Shown: positions 24,601-39,255, counted from the first letter of the stretch. The stretch: 64,000 nucleotides of DNA from Spironucleus salmonicida (GCF_000497125.1 NC_090601.1:372001-436000), one strand, 5' to 3'. The notes: generated by a model from the letters alone, not told the origin. Translations and numbers: made by a program.

Positions 24601-27600
24601 ATTAGGTAAATATGATGCAGTATAGTTAGGTTTGTCTGCTTAAACATCTGCAGATAGAATCAGAGCTGTTATTGAGTCTCGATTAGGTTAAAGAGGTAAT
24701 TCTTTGGCTGCTAAGGGAACTCGTTTGATGGCATTTTTAGATGACTTTAATATGCCTAGTTATGATGATTATGGTTCACAACCTTCATTAGAAACGGTTA
24801 AACTGTATGCAGAAAGAGGTTCCTGGTATAAGCAAAAGAAAACGTAATATAACTTAACAAATATATATGACGTTGATATCTTAGCTAGCATGGCTACACC
24901 AGGTGGTGGACGTAATTAGGTCTCAGGACGTATTTTATCTAAGTTCAACATTGTTTCTATTGACACACCAGCTGATTCCGTTTTGAAATCCATATTCTAA
25001 ACTTTATTAAGTCTTCACTTTTAATCCTTCGACGAAACTATTAGATAGTAAATCGAATATTTAGTTTAAGCCGGCATTGAAGTATTTAATACTATTTCAT
25101 CTACGCTGCTTCCTACCCCAGTTAAACCATTCTATGTATTTAATTTACGTGATCTGTCTAAGTTCTTCTTAGGTTTAATGAATGCAGATTCTGAATAGTA
25201 ATCGTCGCCTGATACTATTGTTAAATTATGGGTACATGAATGTTAGAGAGTATATCAAGATAGATTATTACCTGTTGATCGTTAATGGTTCCTTGAACTA
25301 TTAGGGTAAAAATTAGGTCAACACTTTAATACAACTTTAAGCAAGGTCTATACCAACAAAGAGCCTCCTATTTTTGTTGACTTCATGGAGACTACTCCAG
25401 TTCCTATTCCGTATGGAAAGGAAGGTGACGAAAAACTAGTGGGTATATTCTAAGAAGCGAATAATAGGATATCGTTAAGAAAAGTTGTAGAAGAAAAGCT
25501 TTAATATTACAACGAAACCCACCCTCCTATGGATTTAGTCTGTTTTGCGGATGCCGTTGAGCATATTTGCCGAATGACAAGAGTGCTATCACAGCCTTCT
25601 GGCCATATGCTCTTGGTCGGTACTGGAGGTTCTGGAAGAACTTCCTTGGCAAGACTTGCAGCATCAATCTAAAATCAAGATATATTTACTATTGATGTTG
25701 GTAAAAATTATAGAATTTAGGAATTCAAAGAGGATATGAAAAAATTATTCTTTACTGCTGGTGGTTCCCAAAATCAACCAGTTTGTTTCCTATTAAATGA
25801 TAATTAAATATAGTATGAAGCTTATCTAGAAGACGTTAATTCTATCCTTTCTTCAGGTGAAATTCCAGGTCTTTTCAATGCCGAAGACATGTAATCTATT
25901 CGTGACATGATGTCTCCGATAGCGAAAGTTATGGGTCTGTCAGAAAACATGGACTCGTGCTACAATCTTCTCTTAAGAAGAGCTAAAGAAAATCTGCACA
26001 TCGTTTTGGCATTTTCACCTTCACACGAAATGTTTAGAACACGCCTTAGAATGTATCCAGGACTGATATCATCCTGCACAATTGATCTATTCGGTGAATG
26101 GCCCATTTCTGCACTAGAAGAGGTTTCTAGTTATTTCATGCATTAATTCGTTGAATTCAAGGAATATGACATTTACGACAACGACGAATTTTCTAAAAAG
26201 CAGCCACAAACTACTGGTTAGCCGACATCTGCTAGAAAGAAGCATGAACCACTATCTTCAAGAATTGCACACTGCTTCTCACACCTACACGACTCAGCAC
26301 ACCAAATATATCAATAAATGATGGAAGCTACTGGAAGAAAGCTCTTTGTGACACCAGCAAATTATTTATCATTAGTCAGGCTCTACAGAACAGTTTTACT
26401 CACTCAAAAAGGTAAAATTATGTATTCCTTAACAAAGTTATAGGGTGGTGTTGGAACGCTTTTAGACACTCGTGATTTTGTTGAAACGATGCGAATCGAA
26501 CTGAACGAGAAGAAAGTCGAAGTCGACAAAGCAGCAGCTGATTGTGAGCTTTTCATCAAAGAAATCGCTATTAAGCAGGAAATCGCCGACCAAAAAGCGC
26601 AACAAATCAGCAAAGACGCCGAAGTTCTCGCAGTGAAGCAGAAATAGTGCGAGGCGACCGTAGAGTTCACGAAAGAGAAATTGCAAAAAGCCGAACCTAC
26701 ACTGAAAGCAGCCTAGGACGCACTAGATGCACTAAACGACTCGGATATCGTCGAGGTGAAGTCCTTCAAGAAGTTCGCGAATTCGGTACAGTTGGTGCTG
26801 TTCGCGGTGATGGTTTTGCTCAAAAAGAAGCCGGATTTGGAAACCGCAAAGGCAGCGCTGAACTCGTCTTAGGTGAACTTTTTGCAGTCCCTGCGACGTT
26901 TTGACGAAAATTCGATAACAGAAGCGTAGAGCAAATAGCTAAGAAAGTACTTGTAGGACCCAAATTTCACACCAGAAACGGTAGCAAAGGCCTCTAGAGC
27001 CTGTTCAAGCATCTGCCAATGGGTGGTCGCTTTGAGCGAATATGCGACGGTGTACAGGTAGGTCAAGCCACTTTAAGACGAATATGAACGTTCTATGGCA
27101 GAATTAGCTCAATAACAGGAATTACTGCGTCTAGCACAAGAGGAATTGGCCAAAATCACTAAATAAGTCGAGCAGCTTCGTGAGGATTTCAGAAAATCGG
27201 CTGCCAAGAAAGATGAGCTTAAAAGAAGCGCAGAAGAACTAGAAACGAAGCTCCAGAGGGCCGATAAATTAGTCAATGGGCTTGCCAGCGAGCGAGAGCG
27301 TTGGACTCAGAAGATTGGTGAACTAAAGAACGATTTAAGCAAGCTTCCTGGTGATTGTCTTATTGCTAGTGCATTTATCAGTTATTCTGGTAGTTTGATT
27401 GGCAAATATAGGCGTGAATTGATGAAAAAGTGGATGGATGGAGTTATTAAGTATGAAGTTCCTTATTCGGGTTCTACATTTAACGTTGCGCACTTCTTAG
27501 CAGGTGCTGCAAATATTTTCTAATGGACGACGTTCGGCCTTCCTTCTGACAACTTCTCTGCTGAAAACGGTGTTCTGATTACTTAAACTACGAAAGCTCC

Positions 27601-30600
27601 GTTTATTATCGATCCTTAGCGTCAAGCTAGTAGGTGGTTGAAGAGAATGTATCAAAATGATCCCACATAGGCTGATAATGTTAAAATAACGAATATCAAG
27701 GATCCTGATCATATGAAAATTATTGAAATGGCTGTTTAGTTTGGTTAAATTGTTATTTTAGAAGATGTGGTCGAAAACGTTGATCCCTCTCTTGATCCTA
27801 TTATCTAAAGATAAGTTGTTAAAAAATAAGGTAGAAATGTAATTAAAATCCGTGATAAGGATGTTGAGTTTAATGATAATTTTAGGATTTTCCTATGTTC
27901 TCGTTTGAATAATCCAGAACTCACACCAGAATTGTTTGCTAAATGTTGTATTATCAATTTCTCCGTTGTTAAGGAAGGTTTAACAGATTAATTGCTAGCA
28001 TGTGTTGTTTCTAAAGAACGCCCAGAGCTAGAAGAGCAAAAGAATAAAATAGTGGTAAATACTGCTGCGATGAAGGATACTATTGTTAAGTTAGAAGATT
28101 AAATTTTGTAACTTTTATCTTCATAGGCCGAGGCTGGAGGATCAATACTCGACAATGAACCACTTATTAAGGCTCTTGAAGATTCAAAGCAAACATCCAT
28201 ATAGATTACCAAGGAACTCGAGTCATCTGCGATTACAGAGCGTAAAATTGATATTGCTAGACGTGGATATTAGCCTATCTCAGAACGCGCTTCGCTCTTA
28301 TTCTTTGTACTTTAAGATCTTTCCACGATAGATTTCATGTATCAATTCTCATTAGATGCTTATACAAAATTATTTATTAATTCTATCGCTAATTCTTAAT
28401 AGCATGATGATATCTCGGCAAGAATAAAGATTCTTAATGAATTCCATACTTATTCTGTTTACAAATTCTGTTGCAGAGGTCTATTTACTAGACATAAAGT
28501 TCTGCTATCCTTGCACATGTCAGCTAAAATTTTAGAGAACCAAGGTAAATTAAATATATAAGAATATTAATTCTTGCTGAGAGGTGGGCAAATATTCGAT
28601 AAGTCATAATAACCATAGAATCCATCACCTGATTGGATCTCAGAATAAATGTGGGATAACCTTTGTGTTTTAGATAAGTTAGGAAATTTCAAAAATATTG
28701 TCCCCTAATTTGAGTAAAGATTGAAAGACTGGTACTAGAATTACTTTATTGTTACTGAGCCAGAACACGCTCCGCTTATTGGCGAATTTGAAGGAAATTT
28801 AGATGAATTACAGCGAATGTTAGTACTTAGATGTATCAGACCAGATAGATTAATCCATGCAATTAATAATTATATTGGTAATAACATTGGTATTAATTAT
28901 ACTTTGCCACCGCCATTTGATCTAGGATCCGCTTTAGGAGATTCTGCACCAACCATTCCACTAATCTTCATTTTATCGCCAGGAACAGACCCAACTGCTA
29001 CTTTGATTAATTTCTCCAAATAAGGACGTGGTGATCGCGCAGATCGTTTGAAGATTGTTGCTTTAGGTCAAGGGTAACAAGAAATTGCTAGATAGGCATT
29101 TTATGATGGTGTTAAAAACGGATATTGGGTATTATTAGCTAACGTTCATCTTTCGTCTTCATTCTTAGAAGAATTAGAGAAAATGATTGACGATTTATCT
29201 CGGTAAAACGTCCATAAAGACTTCAGATTATGGCTATCTACAGTTGCCTCTAAGACATTCCCTATTGGTATACTTCAAAATTCTATTAAGATAACTACAG
29301 AGGCACCTGCAGGTATTCGTGCCAATTTGGCAAATGCATATAATGTTATTGAAAATTCTGTAATCAACACATTTGCCGCTTCAAATGAGGATGACGCTAA
29401 ACGTTTATCTAACCCTAAGAATCCTTAATCTTTAACTATCGATTAGAAAGATATTGCGTTTAGGAAGGTTTTATTTGGTACTGCATTCTTCTATGCACAA
29501 TTGGTAGAAAGAAGAAAGTTTGGAACTTTAGGTTTTAATATTAAATATCCATTTTCCTAGGCGGATTTTGAAACTAGTATTACTTTTGTAAGAAAATATA
29601 TTGAAAATTATGATGTTGTTCCTTACGAAGCTATTAGATATATTGTCGCATAGATTGTGTTTGGTGGTAGGCTAATTGATGAGCTAGATAGAAGAGTTCT
29701 TATTTGTTATATTGATGAACTTTATAACGAGACTGTTTGTGGAGAAGAATAATATTAATTTTGCCCATAATATGAGTAATATTATATCCCGGCTCGAGGT
29801 TAGTTGCAAGATTATAAGGACTATATTAATTAGCTTCCAGGAACAGATCCTGCTGCATTATTTGGTTAACATAACAATGCTGATGTGTTCTCACGTAGAG
29901 TTGAATCTGCCTTATTTTTATCAGATTTGCTATCCATTTAAGGATAAGTAGAAGAACCATAGTAAAAATAGGATGAAAAAGATAAATAGTAAGAAAATGA
30001 AGAAGGTGAATAAAAGAAAGAAGAAAAGTAATCATCTACGCTATCTGCTAGAGAAGAGAGAATTATTTAAATGGCTAAAGACATAATGGCCAACCTTCCA
30101 GCTGAAATTACGAATCTTCCACCTACTATTGATCCAGCTGACCCCAACGCACCTATGCTTTCCGTTCTTTGTTAAGAAAGCGCTAGGTTCTCGCTCTTAC
30201 GTGAAAAAATCTCCAATGACATGTAAGATGTGTAAAAAGGTATTAGAGGTTTAATTGGGATGAGTTAACATTTAGATGATATTGCAAATGATTTAAGCTA
30301 AAATCGATTACCTGTCTCGTGGAATTTAGTTTATAAGTCTACTAAGAGCCTAGCTCCATGGAGTAGAGATTTCACAAAGAGGGTAGAGCAATTATAAAAA
30401 TGGGCTAACAGTGGTCATCCTAAATGTATGTGGCTAGGTGGATTGAGTGTACCAACTGGTTATTTAACTAGTTTGTTATAATAAGCCAGTAGAAAGACGG
30501 GAATAGCCATTGATAATTTAGAATGGGGCTTCAATATTACTACTGCATTGGATCCTGTAAGAGATATTTAAGATAGTCAAGTTCCAAAGATAGGTGATGG

Positions 30601-30910
30601 TGTATTTGTATATGACTTATTCTTGGAAGGTGCTGGTTGGAATATTGATAATAAGTGCCTTAAAGATTCTAACCCTATGGAATTATTTGTTCCTATGCCA
30701 GTCATTAAGTTTATTCCTTAGGAATAAAGGAAGAAATCAGTTAAGTTTAAAGCTGCATTTTATGAATGTCCAGTCTACTTTTATCCGATCCGTACGGGTA
30801 CTAGAGAATAACCCAGTTTTATGCTTAATGCATGGTTAGCTGTAGGACAGAATCCCTCTGAAATGTACGTTAAAAGAGGTACTGCTTTATTGTTGAACTT
30901 AGGGGACTGA
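15695..30910 (+). CDS. DNAH2: Axonemal dynein heavy chain, inner-arm I1/f beta (DNAH2-type), 5071 aa
   Basis: Start, stop and all internal track fragments share one frame. P1 GPAGTGKTE (~22100), [10 protein letters not shown]2 GKSGGSKT, P3 GTSGTGKT, P4 GTGGSGRT, stalk/MTBD, C-terminal CPVYFYP...KRGTALLL. N-terminal [15 protein letters not shown] and RTVLYVP resemble DNAH2 as I recall it. Confidence 0.93.
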
Positions 30911-30967
30911 TTCATTTAATTTCTTTTTATATTATATGTCATTTTTTTAATATTAATTTAATAAAAA

Positions 30968-31666
30968 ATGTTCCGCATCAAAGTAATTAAAACTTCCTAG
31001 TTAGTTTAATGTTTATAGTAGACCGATTAGTTCAATTCAATTTCAAACGAGTACTACAAATAAATATCTGATAAACAATTATGCAATGCAACTCCAAATA
31101 AGCTATTATATATTAGAAAATTTTCTATGAAAAATTATAAGCCATCTTATGCTTAGCATAGGAAATAAATTCAACGTGAAGTAGAGGGTAGGGATTTTAT
31201 TAATCAAGAAATATAAATTTCATAGGATAAATCGTTTTTCTAAGAAAAGTTTATAGAAGAATGTGATTTCAATCATATTTTCTCAGTATGTATACGAAAA
31301 GGTAGAAGAAGATTCATCAATCTTTTAATTAATAATTTTATACTGTCATCGGAGAAAAAATAATAAGTTTACTAGCGGGATGTAAGTAAAATATTTTTCT
31401 AAAGCCCTAAATTAAAATCATAGTCTATATTAAATAGTTCAACTTAAATAAATTGTTAAATGAATCAAAATTTACTATAAACATAGGCTTACGAACTTTA
31501 GTTGATATTTGGCAATGGTTATAATATGCTTCAATATTTAGCATATATTAAGCATTAAAAAACAGAATAAGATACTTTTAAAATATATAAATATTCTAAA
31601 TCTAGTGTAGAAACATTATTAAGTATGATAAACAGTGGGATAGTTCATGCAATAGGTGCTATGTGA
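30968..31666 (+). CDS. Hypothetical protein (232 aa)
   Basis: MFRIKVIKTSQ...GIVHAIGAM*, no in-frame TGA. Confidence 0.65.
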
Positions 31667-31687
31667 TTATATTTTAATTGTATTTTA

Positions 31688-32848
31688 TCACTTGTTACTT
31701 TATATCTCAAGTAGAATTAATTAGATAATTACATTGATAAATCCCATATTCTCAGCACCTAGGGACTACTAAATAACTTTTCTGTCAATTTCAGATTTAC
31801 CCTATTCGAATGCATCTATAACAATTTGATAGGTATTGAAAAATCTATCAAACCCGATCTATTTTTCTAAATATGCTCTAACGCTTTCTATTCTGTACAT
31901 TGCTGAATCACCCTTTGACTTTAATCTATCAATAAGGTTCTCAGCTGTTGATTTTTACACATTACTAGGCGCATCTGAAAAATCTTTTGCCTCATTTTTA
32001 ACATCAAACTCTTTTATATATTCCTCTTAGCTGAGTATTTTTTTAGCTACATCTTTAATAAATTTTAACCCTAGAATGTCATTAATTTAAGGTCTATCAA
32101 TAGGATTCTTGGCTAGCATTTTGCCAATCAAATTTTACATATCTTTGCTATAAATTCCTGGAATAGGCTTATATGTTCCTGATAAAATCTTCATTTATAG
32201 CATTTTAAGACTACCAGCATCGAAAACATGCTCCAGTGTACATAATTCATATAGAACACATCCTAATGACCAAATATCAGTCTTGGTATTATATGGAACG
32301 TTATTCACTATTTCTGGACTCATATAATATGGAGTGCCTATAGCAGTTTTTGCAACATCAAGAGTTCCACCAAGGACTTTACTAACACCAAAATCACCTA
32401 GCTAACACGATATTTAACCAGTTTCTTCATGCAAAAATACATTAGCTCCTTTTAAATCTCTATGGAGAATATGTTGGCTGTGAACATACCTTAAGCCTAA
32501 TGCCATCTACACAAAGAATGTAAGCACTAGTTCTTCTTTTACAAATCCTTTTTTCTCTTTTTTCTAACGATCTAAAAATTACTGCAAATCACCAGCATTA
32601 GCGTATTACATAACTATGCAAAGGTTATTATTTTATTAAAATGCTTCTACACAATTTGTGACATATTTGTGCTTACATTTTAATAAAATTCTAGCTTCTT
32701 GAAGAGCAGAAGCTCTCTCTTCTGGGGGTATATTTGATAATGATATTATTTTCATTACATATTAAGTATTGGTATTAGTATCATTCACCAAAAAAGCTGA
32801 ACCAAAAGAACCTTTGCCAAGCAATTTGATTTAAGTGTACTTATCCAT
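31688..32848 (-). CDS. NEK (NIMA-related) Ser/Thr kinase, NEK1-like (386 aa)
   Basis: [56 protein letters not shown]; catalytic residues intact. Confidence 0.95.
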
Positions 32849-33004
32849 TAAAAATTTATTTTTTGAATATAAAGAGATTATATAGAATATATAATATAAA
32901 TTATTAGAAGTATCTTTATTTTAGATGAATGAATAAATAATAACTATAAAAGTTAAAGATTTAACATTTTATTAATACAATTTTAATAAAAAACTAAAAT
33001 TAGA

Positions 33005-33994
33005 TCACTTTGTAGTTTAAATTCCTGCAGAGAATATAAGGTCTTGTCCATCCTATAAAATAAACCAAAAAGGTTTATTGAATGAAACTTCTAAGACTTT
33101 TTCTTAAACTAAGCTGCTGCCACGCATGGATATTATCGTAACGCTTGCTGCATCTGTACCAAACTCATCAACTGTTATAACAGACTTCTAAATAACACTA
33201 CTGACTCTTAGTTAACTTCCTAACGATTCCCTGCAATCTATACTTTCAAACATCTGATTCACATCAACTTTCTACAATATTTATTTTAGCTCAAAAGTTG
33301 ACTGTATTTCAAACTATGGAAGCCTCAATTCTATTTCTTTAGATCTCAACTTTGCGTCTAAATTTTCTTCGGATAGACTATGCTCAAACGCCGCCTAGCC
33401 ATCCTCTAGCGGGAGTATTAGCCTCGCAACTATATCAGAATCGGCGTACTCTAGCTCCACCACCTGAGCTGTACTGGTGCGCGCATATCCCATATGGCGC
33501 TTTGCATACATCATCTGGCATGGCGTTTTCCCGTTGAATGATGAGAAATCAGCCGCAACAGTTTGTCTTGGGTCGAAGGCATTCTAGAATTTACCGCTAA
33601 AATATAATGCAGAGACCAGAATTACTTCTTCGTCTCCAATCTTCTCCAATATTTTCGGAATCATCCCTGCTGTGTTATCTGATACCCATTTGTTTACTTA
33701 CTCTGCAGACAAAAGTGGCTGTGGATCAATCTTAAACGCAGCCATCGCATCATTACTCTTCAGCAGGTTAAGGTTCCTCATAAATATGTTGGCTGCCAAA
33801 TGAAAGTTCTTATTCGCGGCTGGGTCATATCCTTGTAGGTTAAATACGTTATTTAGCTCATCTTTTGCAGGGCCTTATGCAGATGCAGAAAGCAGTGCCA
33901 GGACATATATTAATGATAATGGTGAGAAAACGATATTCTAACCTTAAGCTAAAGCTGGAGCCATATTGATAGCTGCAATTTTTGTTGGCTCCAT
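33005..33994 (-). CDS. Serpin 2 (329 aa)
   Basis: NIVFSPLSL, core shared with serpin 1, hinge VDEFGTDAASVT, NKPFWFI; ends AAG-TGA. Confidence 0.95.
33351..33859 (-). repeat. 509-bp near-identical core shared with serpin 1 (7839-8347)
   Basis: Paired coordinates sum to 41698; two synonymous differences seen. Confidence 0.93.
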
Positions 33995-34156
33995 TTTTAT
34001 TATAATTGTAGATATTTCTTTGATATAAATGTTATAAATTTCTAACAAGTGTTTTGTCGTTTCCATAACTTTATATCATAGCACAAAATTACAATTATAA
34101 TAGAAATTCTATTCAAACAAATATTTATTATAGAATTATATATATAGTTAACAATT

Positions 34157-37100
34157 TCACTCAATATCAATTTTGAACTTCCCGACTCCATCTCCTCTCT
34201 AAACACCGCCTTTCAATCCTTCGAATATATCACTGAAAAATCCCCCTTCAACTTTGCTTCCTTTCTTATTGTCTTTCTTTCCAACTCCAAACATTACTTC
34301 TTCGCCATTTACCTCGATCTAAATCGGCTTGGTAGCGTTCAGTGCTTAGTTCGCAGCAATTTAAGGATTTCCAACAACTTCTTATCCTTTTTTAGGTTTA
34401 GAGCTAATCTGTGTAGAATCAACGATAGTATGAGGAACGGTACTATATACTAATTTCTATAAATCGCTAACTCTCGAATTTACATGCAAATGATTACATT
34501 ATTTTTTAAATTGCTCAGCGTATAAAACGTATTCTTTTGAATACATTTGGGCTGTAATTCGGTTTAAAATAACATTAGGGAGGTTCGAAAGAACACACGA
34601 TGGTGTATTCTCGGTAGCTAAAGAATATTATACAAGCTATACTCCTTCAGTGATTCGAAGTGTTAACTGCAAATTTTCAGGAATTTTAAGAATAAGAATA
34701 AAATCGTCGCAAACTTCAAACTATTAAATTATTTAAAGGGGAGCGGATGCAGCCTATATGAGTCTTGCATTTTCATTTAAAATGTCATTTACTAATTTTT
34801 GCTACTCGTTTTTAGCTGATTTTTAACGCTCTGGTTATTTCATATTAATGCTTTCTGGTAGTTATATTACTTCAATGAAATTTTTATAAATATTATACTC
34901 ATTGGACTAGGATTTATTTTCATCCAATATACTAATTGCTCTAGAAGGTATTTTTTCTTTGTAAAACTACAAAATGCTCAACCCCTAATTTTAAAATGAC
35001 AATGTATATGCACTATTTCCAGGGAAATAACCTTCTTGGACCTCATTTTGAAGTAACGGTGTGTCAAGTTGAAATTCATTATTACTGAAGAATACAAGTT
35101 TGATACTGGTTTAAAACAAACCATTTGCTTATTACTTGCCCTTATTATCCAAGGAATGTGGGCCAGTTTAACGTGATTTTAGTAAAATGAAGAATTTTTC
35201 AGAGTGGAAATTTTACGGAATTTCTACAAACCATAAATTGGGAGTTCCATTTTTAAGAATAGGAAGATTTTAGAATAACATATTTTGATCAGAATCTAGC
35301 AATGAAATTGAGTAATTTGCATTACATAACACGCCGTCATCCATTTATAACCAAAAATAAGCTTTTCGTTGTGATTTTTTGTATTTATTCTGCAAAAATG
35401 CTTCGTTCTAATGAATGAATAGGTCATAGCTAGTTAGTGAGTTATTTTCATTTGTTTCCTCTGTATCTTAATTAATTTCAGCATTCTAACCTATACTATC
35501 GTTTTATTCGTTTCCAAAATTACCCTTCCACTATAAATTGTCAGTGTTTTAATTCGTTTTAGCACTTCCTCCTTCTAAAAATTAAACGCCGAAAACTGTA
35601 GAAACTGTACAAAAATCCCCGAAAACACAGTTCGTTTTAACGCCAATTTAACTAATATAATCGCTACCAAAATTTCCTTTCTCCACCTAACCCTTGCCTT
35701 ATAAGGGCTAAACTATCATTTCCAGCCCATTTGACGAGTTTGAGCTAATGCTGACCACGCCACCCACTTGACTCAAAACAAATTTCCCAGATAAAAGACT
35801 CTCATCTTCGTTAAGCATATTATCAAGTTTATGTAGAAAATCGACTTTTAATACAAAAAATTCGCCCCCATTCAACTCTTCTAGTGGCAAAATTAAGTCT
35901 TTTAAAACAACGAATTCCTACGTCTTCGCCCCACAAAAGATGACTATTTTCGCAAAGCTGTCAGCTTGCAAAAATTCAAACTTGAATGTTAAATATGCAG
36001 AGAAATCTGGTTTTCCACTCCCAAAAATAAAAGTTTGCGAACTCGAAATAGAAGTATTTGCAAGGAATTTCGGTCCATTTTTCTCGAAATTTCCAGGCAA
36101 ACTCAAACTTGAGCAATCAAGTTTATACTGCTATTACCCATTAAATTTCATAATATCATCATTTAGTTCCTCGTAAACCTCAATGAAATCAGCCAATTTT
36201 TGTAAATTTTACATCTCAAAAATGAAGAAATTCGTGTTTTCGGAATCGTTTTCGTCACTAAAAAGCTCAGAATCGTCACCATTTTCGAAGAAAAGTGGCT
36301 CAAATTGACTCGTTTGCTCAAGCATTTCGGCAGTTTTCTTTGCTACAATTTCGTTCTAAATAGCGAGATTTGACGTCGGACGGCGGAGTTTTGGCAGCTG
36401 TTGAGTAGTCAAATTATCGGTTTTCTAATGGTTCAAGAGGTCTTTAAACGAAATTTTAGGCGTCGGTGGCTTGATATAAGGGTTGATTTTGATTGTTTTA
36501 GACGTAGCGTTCTGGTTTAAAAATTTGTGCATTTGATAGCGACGGGTATAATTATAAGCTTAAAAATGGTCCTAGACAGCCGGTGAGAGATCATCTGTGA
36601 GCAAAAATGCTATTATAGGATCTGCAGCAAGGATTTTCACATAGATAGAATTTTCAATTTCGACTGCTTCCAGTACTGGGAGGAGGATTTCTCTATTTTC
36701 TAGGTGTTTTAGAGGGTTTGTCGACGATCCAAGATATGCTTAGAGCTTAAGACCCAAAATATTGTAAAACGTGGTTGATTTGAGGAAAATTAGGCGATTT
36801 GGCACTTTCTGGTTAAATTTACGCATGACATGGTATACAGGTAACATGTATACGTTAAGTTACTTCTCAGCTAGCATAAGCTGCACGAAGTTGAGTTGCA
36901 GGTTGTCATAGAGGAAATTAAGTACAGTGCAATAATAATTCCTAAGTGAAAAACAGCCTTCTGCTGTATGAACATCCTGCTATTGATGTAAGAAATAATT
37001 GTCATCGAAATTCGAGGCTGGAACCACCACATTTTAATTATTAAAGATTAGTGTAAAGAAAAGATTTGGTGTTTTGTCAATTTATGTCGCTTAATTTGTC

Positions 37101-37573
37101 TTCATTATTGTGTTTAAAGAAAAATTGTCGATAGTTGTATATAAATATTTTAAAAGTGATACAATTTAGATTTGGTTTGGAGAGACCATTTTATCTATAC
37201 CTAAAAATGCGTTTGCAGTTAGTTCAGGAGTAAGTTATTTGATTAACTATTGTTCATCTAGTTCTGTTAATTTTTCGCTAATTGATACTGGTTTTTGTGT
37301 TATATAGGAAGTTTTAGAATTGTTTTCAAACAGTGTTCCTGGGGGGAATAGGTATCGTACTGAAGGTGGCGCTCCTTTGCCGAAAATTTATGGGTTTGGG
37401 AATACGTCATTTACTGGAGTTCTAGATGTTGGGTAGTTAAATTATCCAGGAGGTTTAGTTTAATTGGGGATTACTGAGGATGCCAGGTCAGATGCATGGT
37501 TAAGTTTTTACAGTGATGAGGTATCTAAAAGTGAAAATAAATCATCAGGTGATTTCTTTTTAGATTTTGACAT
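34157..37573 (-). CDS. Large hypothetical protein (1138 aa)
   Basis: MSKSKKKSPDDLFSLLD...GKFKIDIE*; same frame as track fragments 35708-36106; no family recognised. Confidence 0.8.
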
Positions 37574-37690
37574 TGCGGAATTGATACTGAAAAATATATA
37601 ATCATAAAACTATATTAGTTTAATATAATATATTAAATGAAAATTTATATATAGTATTATATACAACTATTATGAATTTTTAATAACGTC

Positions 37691-38326
37691 ATGGATAAAT
37701 TGAAAATTTCAGATCAGATGATGATTTGGTTAGAAACATTCGATATTATAATATGTAAAGATCAGTTTGGTATTCTGTATAACAAATAATTTATTCCTCT
37801 TATAAGAATTATATCAAAAAATTTATTTCCAAATGATTATAATAAGTATCTGATCAGGTTAATTGATAAACGACCATATAATTTATAAAAAGAGAATTTC
37901 AAAGTATTATATGATTATCCTATACTTACTATCAAGGAAATTTTTACTAAATCGGAAATAGTAAAGTTTACCGAAAATAAATAAAACTATCACTACTATA
38001 ATAAAGCTAATTATGTTCTGATAACTGATTTAAATAAAATACCAGTTACATTAGTCGATTTGTAAGAATTCTAGCGCTTAAATCTAATAAATTTAAATGT
38101 TAAAATTGTAAACTATTATCCAATTGCGAGGAAAGCACGACTCCATATACTTATTATTAGTCAAAAGGGGATCTATGATTACGAAATACACCATATAAAT
38201 TAAAATTAATTAGATAATCGAAAATAGAATTTAGTAAAATTAACTCCATAAGAACATAAAACAGAACATAATTGCCAATTTGCTTACAAAAAGTAGGTCG
38301 ACTAAAATTTGGATATATTTATATGA
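37691..38326 (+). CDS. Hypothetical protein (211 aa)
   Basis: MDKLKISDQMMIWLETF...LDIFI*, open in code 6. Confidence 0.6.
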
Positions 38327-38438
38327 TTAAATTTTAAGGATTTGAAAGATTAGTATTTACTCATTAAATTCATATCCTTGATACAAATATATAATAATCT
38401 ATAATTAATATGCCTTTTCTTTATCCACTCCTCATAAA

Positions 38439-39218
38439 ATGGCTTAAGGTGATTACATCAAGCTTCATTAAAAACGTCATGGTAAACGTCTAGACCATGA
38501 CGAGAAGATGCGTAAAAAAGAAGCTCGTATGCCTCATATTATTTCAAAGAAGGCAACTCATCTTATTGGTCTTCGCTAAAAATTATTCTCAGAAGAGCGT
38601 AGAAAGGAAAAGATTGAATTAAAGAAGAAAATTAGACAAAACAATGAAAAGAGCGTCAATAACACTACTAAGAATAATAATACAGTTCCTAAACCAGCGT
38701 TCTTGCTTGACAGAGAAACCGAAAATAGAGCCAAAATACTATCAAATACAGTTAAGTAAAAGAAGAAGCAGCGTTCTGCACAATGGTCATTGCCTATTTC
38801 TTAAGTTAACCCTTTAGCAGATAGCCAAGTTTTCAAAGTATTAAAAAGTGGTAAGCGTGGAAAGAAAGAATGGAAGCGAAAAATCAACATGGCTACATTC
38901 TCCCCACTTGGTGCTACTAGAAAAGCCCCTAAATTTGAAAGATTTATCAAACCTTCTGCATTAAGATATAGATTTGCAAATGTAGTTCACCCTGAACTTA
39001 AAGCTACTCATCAGTTAGAAATAATTGGTGTTAAAAAGAATCCTAGTAGCTAATTATATACTGAATTAAATGTACTGACAAAGGGAACTGTCATAGAAGT
39101 CAATGTAGCCGATTTGGGTTTGGTTACTGCTGGTGGTAAAGTTGTCTGGGGGAAATACGCATAAATTAGCAATAACCCAGAAAGAGATGGATGTATTAAT
39201 GCAGTTTTACTAGTGTGA
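38439..39218 (+). CDS. NSA2: Ribosome biogenesis protein NSA2 (259 aa)
   Basis: [20 protein letters not shown]..., [46 protein letters not shown]. Confidence 0.97.
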
Positions 39219-39255
39219 TCTATATTTTCTTATATGTAAATAAACATAAATTTCA

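Noticed and set aside
15695-30910. Introns or trans-splicing in the dynein heavy chain
   Set aside because: Start, stop and all checked internal motifs lie in one frame with all domains in order.
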